A stretch of 64,000 bases of DNA. Origin: Flectonema sp. DT1601 (taxonomy: Eukaryota). Position 1 is the first letter of the stretch; each line of letters begins with the position of its first letter. The stretch covers positions 1 through 64,000 of the forward strand of contig OZ025781.1 of assembly GCA_964019425.1 (NCBI GenBank), in the 5' to 3' direction. This document shows positions 1 through 8,299 of this stretch, in pieces. The notes beneath the pieces were generated by a model, which worked only from the letters and a program-made list of their open reading frames with translations, searched no databases and had not been told where the DNA came from. A program made the translations under genes and the position numbers.

Positions 1-418
1 GTAGACTCTCCTACGTTAAGACTGGAGGGAAGGGAAAATGGAAGGATTTCCATAAAGAGGCTAAGAACACACAAATAAATAAATAAAAAAAAAAAAAGAA
101 AATCCCAGGGCTGCACAGCCGAGTGGATACCTTAAATCTCTTCGGTAGCCGTGGCAAGGGTTCAATTCCCAGGCACATTTTTTGTGTTTTTCAACCAGAA
201 AAATTAGTAAGAAGAAAGTAGCAAGGAAAAGGGACAAAATTGGACTTAACTTAACGCGAGCGAAGCGAGCGTAAAGTTAAGTTCAAATTTGTACCCTGGA
301 CGGGTACCTAGCCAGGGAATAAAAACAGACGTGACTTGGTTGTAAAAATAATGTTTGTTCAGGAAGCTTAAAAAAAAAAATTGCGCGAGCAACGCGAGCC
401 TGGAAGGGGTATCTCTAG
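1..418 (+). mobile_element. Repeated non-coding module with a Helitron-like 3' end (copy 1; continues left of the window)
   Basis: Near-identical to 30631-31005. Contains a long hairpin with a GCGAAGC loop (~238-290), a GTACCC/GGGTAC palindrome followed by CTAG, and GCGAGCAACGCGAGC followed 15 nt later by CTAG|T (415-419). Confidence 0.45.
106..183 (+). pseudogene. tRNA-derived (Leu/Ser-like) degenerate sequence / Pol III-type head
   Basis: A-box-like GCCGAGTGG, B-box-like GGTTCAATTCCC and a T-run. Anticodon arm is deleted relative to the copy at 24094-24177. Confidence 0.45.
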
Positions 419-1520
419 TGCGGGTTTGCGGGTTTGCGGGTTTGCGGGTTTGCGGGTTTGCGGGTTTGCGGGTTTGCGGGTTTGCGGTTTTGCGGGTTTG
501 CGGGTTTGCGGGTTTGCGGGTTTGCGGGTTTGCGGGTTTGCGGGTTTGCGGGTTTGCGGGTTTGCGGGTTTGCGGGTTTGCGGGTTTGCGGGTTTGCGGG
601 TTTGCGGGTTTGCGGGTTTGCGGGTTTGCGGGTTTGCGGGTTTGCGGGTTTGCGGGTTTGCGGGTTTGCGGGTTTGCGGGTTTGCGGGTTTGCGGGTTTG
701 CGGGTTTGCGGGTTTGCGGGTTTGCGGGTTTGCGGGTTTGCGGGTTTGCGGGTTTGCGGGTTTGCGGGTTTGCGGGTTTGCGGGTTTGCGGGTTTGCGGG
801 TTTGCGGGTTTGCGGGTTTGCGGGTTTGCGGGTTTGCGGGTTTGCGGGTTTGCGGGTTTGCGGGTTTGCGGGTTTGCGGGTTTGCGGGTTTGCGGGTTTG
901 CGGGTTTGCGGGTTTGCGGGTTTGCGGGTTTGCGGGTTTGCGGGTTTGCGGGTTTGCGGGTTTGCGGGTTTGCGGGTTTGCGGGTTTGCGGGTTTGCGGG
1001 TTTGCGGGTTTGCGGGTTTGCGGGTTTGCGGGTTTGCGGGTTTGCGGGTTTGCGGGTTTGCGGGTTTGCGGGTTTGCGGGTTTGCGGGTTTGCGGGTTTG
1101 CGGGTTTGCGGGTTTGCGGGTTTGCGGGTTTGCGGGTTTGCGGGTTTGCGGGTTTGCGGGTTTGCGGGTTTGCGGGTTTGCGGGTTTGCGGGTTTGCGGG
1201 TTTGCGGGTTTGCGGGTTTGCGGGTTTGCGGGTTTGCGGGTTTGCGGGTTTGCGGGTTTGCGGGTTTGCGGGTTTGCGGGTTTGCGGGTTTGCGGGTTTG
1301 CGGGTTTGCGGGTTTGCGGGTTTGCGGGTTTGCGGGTTTGCGGGTTTGCGGGTTTGCGGGTTTGCGGGTTTGCGGGTTTGCGGGTTTGCGGGTTTGCGGG
1401 TTTGCGGGTTTGCGGGTTTGCGGGTTTGCGGGTTTGCGGGTTTGCGGGTTTGCGGGTTTGCGGGTTTGCGGGTTTGCGGGTTTGCGGGTTTGCGGGTTTG
1501 CGGGTTTGCGGGTTTGCGGG
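419..1520 (+). repeat. (GGGTTTGC)n telomere-like octamer array, ~137 units
   Basis: Direct reading; one variant unit near 487. Confidence 0.99.
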
Positions 1521-2194
1521 GAACCGCTTGGCATTTAATTCTGGCACCCTGATTTTAAGAGGAAGGAAATAAAGAACACGTTAACACAGGAAAGAAAGAA
1601 TTGGCGAAGTTAAATCCGCACTATGTCTACTGATCCTGACATGTCTTGTCAAACTGGCAAAAATACGAAAAATGAAAACAAACTAACATCAGATATTCAA
1701 GTCTCAAGGTTGTTCATCCGCGATGGGGTAAACTGTAGTGTGGTACTCGAGCCTCGGAAGAGGCCCCACGGTAGTTAGCACAGTCGGGGGATGGGCGGGT
1801 GGGAAAGAACTTGGCACACTGAAGTCGTAATAGACTTCGGCCATTGTTTTTCCTTTATCCTGTACCACAAACTACAGAAGAATGAACATTAAGAGAGAGG
1901 TAGAGTGAACGCAAAGCAAACACAAAGCTAAGATGTAAATGGATAACGCAGAACATCAAAGGCGCCGAATACCATTGAGCAGTTCCCTGTGAAAAGATAG
2001 GGAACCGCTTGGCATTTAATTCTGGCACCCTGATTTTAAGAGGAAGGAAATAAAGAACACGTTAACACAGGAAAGAAAGAATTGGCGAAGTTAAATCCGC
2101 ACTATGTCTACTGATCCTGACATGTCTTGTCAAACTGGCAAAAATACGAAAAATGAAAACAAACTAACATCAGATATTCAAGTCTCAAGGTTGT

Positions 2195-5098
2195 TCATCC
2201 GCGATGGGGTAAACTGTAGTGTGGTACTCGAGCCTCGGAAGAGGCCCCACGGTAGTTAGCACAGTCTACCACCACCGCATCGCCAGTAAAGAACCTCCGA
2301 ACCGCCAGTTCAACCTCCCGCTGGTGCCGAGACGTCGATATCACCACTGGGTCCACCCTCGAAGGAATGTCAGCCGGGTTCTCCGCAGACTTAACGTACT
2401 CCAAAGAAAACGTAACGTTCCTCGCCCGCAGACAATCCAAGGCCGAAACCGTTGCCCTATTCAGCAGCTCCGAGCGTATCGACATCCTCTTCCGGGCCGC
2501 CCCAAGAACAGAGGTGTTATCCACCCAGATCTTCACACAGCAGCCGTCACAAGTCGTCGGCATGTCACGAACCGTATTTCTCAGTGCAAGGCCTTCCAAA
2601 ACACTAATGTGGAGTCCAGCTTCACCAACCACCCACGAGTCCCCCATCACCGTCACCTCCGCCGTGTCATCATTGACAACGACGCCTCCCCAACCCTTCA
2701 ACGACGCATCGACAAAGATGCTGAAAGCCTGGCATTCCGGACGGAAGGACTCGCCGACCAGCCTAAGTTGGAGCACCGCACCGATCCAACCTCGCAGCTC
2801 ACGCACAACCGAAGGCGGCACAACAACTCGATCCTCCACCACCCTCACACCCCTGTTCAATCCATTCGACACTCGACGGAGGAACTTGAGCGCGAACCAA
2901 AAGCTGCCCGGAGACACGCCCGCCACAGCCGAAGCGTGTAGCAGCCTGCCCCCGAGCGACTCCAGGTCACCAGCCGTAATCCCAACAAAATCGACCCGTC
3001 CCACCTTCTCGCGTATCTTAGACGCCACAACCACCGTGTCTGCGTCATGGTCAAAGTCGACCCCCAAGAAGGTATACCGCCTCACCGCCGTGTGGCTATC
3101 CGCTTCCTTCCAGGTCAAGCGGAACTCGGACGCAGCCCCATCCAGATTCACGGTCGCCGCCAAAACCGCTTCCTCCGTCCCCACATAACGGATGTTGTCC
3201 ACAAAAACGTCCACCTTCACACCCTTCGCCGCCCACCTACCAGATACATACACAGGATCCCCCGCAGCCGCCGCCGCCAAGGTGTGCATAATCTCAGGCG
3301 CACACGCATGGCCCATTGGCAGCCTGCACAGTTCAAACCAACTCCCCTCCGAGGTCTGGAAACGAAACAAGTCCCTCGCGTCCTCTGGTATCTCTATGGC
3401 GTAGAAGCCGGTCCTGAAATCCCTCGTCGATCCACACTGCTCCCTCACCTGTTCAAGGTACTGGGAGATGTGGCCCAAAGGAACCTTGGGCTCATAAACC
3501 CCCTCCAACCTATCATTCGCATCACGGGTCCAAAGGATAAACCGTTGTCGAAGGCCCTCCGGTTTCTCCTCCAACACTGTGAACGGCACGTTCGTCGTAC
3601 GACCCGGGCCCTCCGCCGCCCGCGCCACCCCGTGCTGACACAACTCCCTCGCATGTCGCAATGCAAATGATGATGGCGCCCGTCTACCAGCATCCGTCGT
3701 CACCGTCGGTGCAAAGGTCATATCCCACACCTCATCGAAACGTCCACGGGCCTCCTCCGAAAGACGCCTTCGCAGCCCACCGACATCCATCGTACACACC
3801 CCACTCACGTGCAGAGGTGAATGCATCTCCGTCTCAGTAACCGGCAATCGCGTCCGTTTCCCCTTCCGCACGATACTGTGTCTTGTCGCCCCTGGCACAC
3901 TCCTGATCCTCCGATTCAAAGCAGCTGTGTCACCTTCCAAGTCTGCAGCGCACGAGCCATGTCCACCAGGTTTGACGAATACCTGAGAGTCACCCCCGCC
4001 AACTGAACACCGTCCTCCTTGTGTTTCAACAGACGAGACACCAAATGCCCCTCGGCCAGCCTTCCCTCTGCCAACGCCTTCACCAGAACCGCCGCCGCGC
4101 CCCGCTTTACGGAGTGGCCCGTAAAACCCTCCATACCCGGAGTTCTTCGCCAAACCGACGCGATCCTCTCGGTGTTGACGTCCGTGAGGCGCTCGAATGG
4201 ACGAAGAAAGCGCACCAATACCGCGATTTCTCCCACCAGATCTCCGCGAATAACCGACCATCTCGAAGGCACGTAAGGATCCGCCCGTCTGTGCTTCGGA
4301 AGTGTTCCCCAATCGACGATCACCTCCCCGTCCTCTACCAACAAGAAGTGATCCGAAGTGAGAGCGTGCACCTCTCCCCACCGAGACGCGGTCTTCCAAC
4401 ACACGAGCGCCGCCAACCGGATGCGAGCCTCTTGCGAGCCTGCCCAAGTCAGCAGTTCCTGTTTGCCCATCGGCAGCGCCTGCACCCGCGGAATCGTTCC
4501 TCCCGCAGCTCGCAGCGCGCCTGCCAAGCTCAACAACGGCTGGTTCGATAATCCGAGGTGGCGAAAAATCCCCGACAAAGCCTTTGCGTACTGCAACTGG
4601 CCTTGGGACGCCACGCCCGTAGCAACCACGAACAAAGCCGCTGTCTCTGCAGACATAGGGAGCTGTTGGTCCGCCGCCCAACGCTGCAACCTTGCCCAGA
4701 GGTTTCGGCGCTTCGCAGACGTTTCCGACGCCCACATCGAGGCAATGACGACCCCTAGTCGCTCCAAGGCTTCGTCCCGATCCACTCCCACCTCCTCGGT
4801 CCGGGGCTTCCGTTGTCCAACTCCTCCGGCTACGTGCTCCAGGACTACCTGTCCGAACAACGACGGGACCTCGTCCAGACCATCTCTCCACCCTCGTTTT
4901 CGGGATGTTTTTCCAACTGACCGTCCGAGAAGGTCCGCGTCGGACGCCAACGCCTTGCGCGGCAACGTTGTTCCGACGACGACGTCCACCCGTCGCTCCC
5001 CTACCAAGCCAGCCCCCGTGCCGGCCGCCAAGCAGGCAAGGACTCAATGACCCTTGCCTGCGGGACCGTTTTTTGCTGGTCCTGTGTACGGCCTCCAA
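2195..5098 (-). CDS. E1 reverse transcriptase-RNase H (DIRS-order); 5' part overlaps the YR ORF in the -1 frame
   Basis: RDFRTGFYAI, RLPMGH, VFVDNIRY, YTFLG; RNase H motifs FVDAS..GWGG, LE, WVDN, NPADIPSR. No ATG start. Confidence 0.9.
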   Translation of the reverse strand: MEAVHRTSKKRSRRQGSLSPCLLGGRHGGWLGRGATGGRRRRNNVAAQGVGVRRGPSRTVSWKNIPKTRVERWSGRGPVVVRTGSPGARSRRSWTTEAPDRGGGSGSGRSLGATRGRHCLDVGVGNVCEAPKPLGKVAALGGGPTAPYVCRDSGFVRGCYGRGVPRPVAVRKGFVGDFSPPRIIEPAVVELGRRAASCGRNDSAGAGAADGQTGTADLGRLARGSHPVGGARVLEDRVSVGRGARSHFGSLLVGRGRGGDRRLGNTSEAQTGGSLRAFEMVGYSRRSGGRNRGIGALSSSIRAPHGRQHREDRVGLAKNSGYGGFYGPLRKAGRGGGSGEGVGRGKAGRGAFGVSSVETQGGRCSVGGGDSQVFVKPGGHGSCAADLEGDTAALNRRIRSVPGATRHSIVRKGKRTRLPVTETEMHSPLHVSGVCTMDVGGLRRRLSEEARGRFDEVWDMTFAPTVTTDAGRRAPSSFALRHARELCQHGVARAAEGPGRTTNVPFTVLEEKPEGLRQRFILWTRDANDRLEGVYEPKVPLGHISQYLEQVREQCGSTRDFRTGFYAIEIPEDARDLFRFQTSEGSWFELCRLPMGHACAPEIMHTLAAAAAGDPVYVSGRWAAKGVKVDVFVDNIRYVGTEEAVLAATVNLDGAASEFRLTWKEADSHTAVRRYTFLGVDFDHDADTVVVASKIREKVGRVDFVGITAGDLESLGGRLLHASAVAGVSPGSFWFALKFLRRVSNGLNRGVRVVEDRVVVPPSVVRELRGWIGAVLQLRLVGESFRPECQAFSIFVDASLKGWGGVVVNDDTAEVTVMGDSWVVGEAGLHISVLEGLALRNTVRDMPTTCDGCCVKIWVDNTSVLGAARKRMSIRSELLNRATVSALDCLRARNVTFSLEYVKSAENPADIPSRVDPVVISTSRHQREVELAVRRFFTGDAVVVDCANYRGASSEARVPHYSLPHRG
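3916..5031 (-). CDS. E1 tyrosine recombinase
   Basis: Catalytic residues: KTASRWGE (R), PKH (K), GHSVKRG (HxxR), LLKH (H), TLRY (Y). Confidence 0.9.
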   Translation of the reverse strand: MAAGTGAGLVGERRVDVVVGTTLPRKALASDADLLGRSVGKTSRKRGWRDGLDEVPSLFGQVVLEHVAGGVGQRKPRTEEVGVDRDEALERLGVVIASMWASETSAKRRNLWARLQRWAADQQLPMSAETAALFVVATGVASQGQLQYAKALSGIFRHLGLSNQPLLSLAGALRAAGGTIPRVQALPMGKQELLTWAGSQEARIRLAALVCWKTASRWGEVHALTSDHFLLVEDGEVIVDWGTLPKHRRADPYVPSRWSVIRGDLVGEIAVLVRFLRPFERLTDVNTERIASVWRRTPGMEGFTGHSVKRGAAAVLVKALAEGRLAEGHLVSRLLKHKEDGVQLAGVTLRYSSNLVDMARALQTWKVTQLL

Positions 5099-7131
5099 CC
5101 AGTCCTCGGCACCATTGCCGGTCCCGTAGTCGTCTTTCTCACAGGCTTCACTTGCATACCGGCCTTCCTTGCCTTCGCCGTCGACTGGTCCAACTCCTCC
5201 TCACCCAATTGTTGAAGGTATCTCTCTCCGCCCAACCATCCATGCCCAGCCCTAATCGACTGGTACTCCAACAACCGGTGTAGCTCCTTGAGCGTCGCAC
5301 CTGTTCCTCCCGCAATTGTTGCCATTGCAGTTTCGGCCAACCTGCTCACCATCTCCTTCCCAACCGACGATGTACCCACCGAATATCTTTGCACAATTGC
5401 CTGTTGCAAGAAGTCGCGCTGCATTTATCCCTGCTCCCCGTAAGCTGCCCACTCTCCAGGCAAGACCGCCACCTGCGTCACCGGCCTCTCTGGCCCCATT
5501 TTCTCCGGGTTCCAATGACCAACGGTCCAGCCCTCATCCTCAAACTGTTCCGGTGTCAGCTCGAACATGGCATCAGCCTTCCCAACCAACACAAGAGTCA
5601 CCTTCTCCCCCTCCAAATCCACAACCATCCCCTTGTTCCCTACCCTCCGCACCTTCACTCCTGGAATCAGTGCCTTTGGGAAACGTACATTCTTCTCCTT
5701 CTTCCCTGCCACATGCTCCACCAAACTCCCCGTGCTGTTGGCAAAGCGCCCAATAGCTTCGGCCAACCCTTCAGGTGCCTGTTCTCTCTGCTGAAATTGG
5801 TGTTGAAACTGTTGTGTCTGTTGCTGTAACTGCAGCTGCTGTTGTAAATGCTGCTGCTGTTGTACCTGCTGCTGCTGTTGTAAACTCAACTGCTGCTGCA
5901 ACATGTCACATCGCTTTTGAAGTCCCACCAGGTCCTCCGCCTGTGGTGCCGCCGCGAAAGACTCCGCTTGCTGTTGATTCGCTAGCGTCTGTTGATGAAC
6001 CTGCTGCTCCAACTGACGCTGTTGATTGAGCATCGAATCCAAAATAGCCTGCTGCTCCCCAGCCTTCTTGAACTGTTCCTTCTGCTCCGCTACCAATCTC
6101 TCCTGATGTAGTTGCTGTTGTTCCAACAAGGCTTGCTGTTGCAGGTGCTGGTTCCTCCGAGCTTCTTGGTGCCCATCCTGGGACGCGAGCATTTTGTCCA
6201 CTGCCCGCTGCCGCTCGGCTTGTGAACGCTCAAACGCGGCGCGATCCTTCTGCTGCTGCAAAAGCTCTTGCTGCTGCCTTTCCAGCATTCCCTGCTGCAC
6301 CAACAGTCTCTTCCGCTGTTCCTCCCCCTGTCGCCCCACCTCCTCCATTATGGATGCGACCTCCTCCTCCGTCTTCACCTGTCGTGAGCAGACCTCGTCC
6401 ACCACCAAACCGGCATGATCTTGCCATTCCCCCACATCGTTGAGCGCCCTTGCCGCAGCCGCGCCCACTTCCTTCACCTCCTTCAACGACTCCGCAGCCT
6501 TCTGTTGCTCCGTCTGCACTTCAGTAAAAGCAGCCGAGGTTGCCGCAATCACCTTCTCCACCCTCTTTTCTGTCTTCATCTGGCCAGCCGTTTGCTGCTG
6601 CAAGGTGGCCATGTTCTCCTTCCGGAGCCTACCCACCGCCATACTTGTGGCCTTGGCAAGCCCAACAACTTCAGGGTTCCGCAAAGAAGCATCATCCTCC
6701 AACTGCGGTGGCGTTATCCCATCATGGGGCTCCACCACCGTTACAACGCCCCTCAAAGGCGTCAACACCCCAGGCTCCCCTGGCAGCAGTTGAGCCTTCA
6801 TCATTCTTTCTTTGAATGGCCCTGGTGCCTTCTCCGCCAGCATCGTCAATATGACGAATACCGCTCGCGCCGACAACACAGGCAGCGTGCCCTCCGCCAC
6901 GTCCAAGCAGCACGCCAGCAACCGATCGTTGCTCTTCCTCCTCCCGTCCCGGTCGTCCTCCTTCGTTGTAGCCAACCAAATGAGGTTGGCCTCTGCCTCA
7001 CCCAGGCACCTCACCAACACCCCCTGCCTATAGGTCAGGCTCACCTTCGTCCGGGTCAGTTGGCCCAGAATCGGCCGCAAGTTCTCTGCCAAAGAACTTG
7101 GCACACTGAAGTCGTAATAGACTTCGGCCAT
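5044..7131 (-). CDS. E1 gag-like coiled-coil protein, interrupted by an in-frame TAA at 5425-5427
   Basis: ORFs 5425-7155 and 5044-5424 are contiguous in one frame. Homologous to E2 gag across the stop (GWTVGHWNPE / GWSVQHWNPE; AIVQRYS / AIVERYS). ATG at 7131 (MAEVYYDF, compare E2 MAKSYDF). Confidence 0.8.
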
Positions 7132-7286
7132 TGTTTTTCCTTTATCCTGTACCACAAACTACAGAAGAATGAACATTAAGAGAGAGGTAGAGTGAACGCA
7201 AAGCAAACACAAAGCTAAGATGTAAATGGATAACGCAGAACATCAAAGGCGCCGAATACCATTGAGCAGTTCCCTGTGAAAAGATA

Positions 7287-7384
7287 GGTTTGCGGGTTTG
7301 CGGGTTTGCGGGTTTGCGGGTTTGCGGGTTTGCGGGTTTGCGGGTTTGCGGGTTTGCGGGTTTGCGGGTTTGCGGGTTTGCGGG
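7287..7384 (+). repeat. (GGGTTTGC)n, ~12 units between E1 and E2
   Basis: Direct reading. Confidence 0.99.
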
Positions 7385-8299
7385 GAACCGCTCTGCATTT
7401 TCTATGCGATATCTGCTATAGAAATGTAAAAGTAATAATGAAATAGAAAACAGAGAGGGAGTAAGCAAGCAATTAATACTAAAGGAGAATGACGGAATCC
7501 AATTAAGGATAATTGAAATTGATCAGCTATATCGAATTCTGACATGCCGTCGTGTCTCATCCATAAAGTATATCGCAGCTGTGATGGGAGATGATGGTTG
7601 TGAATTATAGTAATCGATAATTGAAGTATTGTCCACGTACGAAGTATATTCATTTGCGACGGGGGTAGCAGGGCGCCACAGAGGCGAAATCGTCCGGACC
7701 AGGCTGCGAAAGGCATGCATGGCCACGGGACGGGGGCGCCGTCACGGGGGTCGGGTGGGTGGGAACAAAAAAGTTGTTTTCTTTAAAGCAAAGCCAGCCA
7801 AACCTGAAAGTAGAAAGAACAATATTCACCAGAGAATAACGGCGAAATAAAGTAAAATCTCTTTACAAGAAGTCGGCGCCAAGCGCTAAATCAAGGCTGT
7901 GATATCGCTATGCCATTTGAGCTGTTCCCTGTAAAGGTGAGGGAACCGCTCTGCATTTTCTATGCGATATCTGCTATAGAAATGTAAAAGTAATAATGAA
8001 ATAGAAAACAGAGAGGGAGTAAGCAAGCAATTAATACTAAAGGAGAATGACGGAATCCAATTAAGGATAATTGAAATTGATCAGCTATATCGAATTCTGA
8101 CATGCCGTCGTGTCTCATCCATAAAGTATATCGCAGCTGTGATGGGAGATGATGGTTGTGAATTATAGTAATCGATAATTGAAGTATTGTCCACGTACGA
8201 AGTATATTCATTTGCGACGGGGGTAGCAGGGCGCCACAGAGGCGAAATCGTCCGGACCAGGCTGCGAAAGGCATGCATGGCCACGGGACGGGGGCGCCG

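Larger units (their letters stand above)
1519..7288 (-). mobile_element. YR retrotransposon E1 (TATE/VIPER/Ngaro-like), full length, split direct repeats A1-ORFs-B1-A2-B2
   Basis: A1 7091-7286 = A2 1804-1999; B1 2002-2266 = B2 1521-1785. Carries gag-like, YR and RT/RNaseH ORFs and is flanked on both sides by GGGTTTGC arrays. Confidence 0.93.

Noticed and set aside
246..1572. Long ORFs (PANPQTRK / GLRVCGFA repeats), also at 17784-18612
   Set aside because: Artefacts of a stop-free 8-bp repeat; the apparent fusion to RT in ORF 17891-19675 is incidental.
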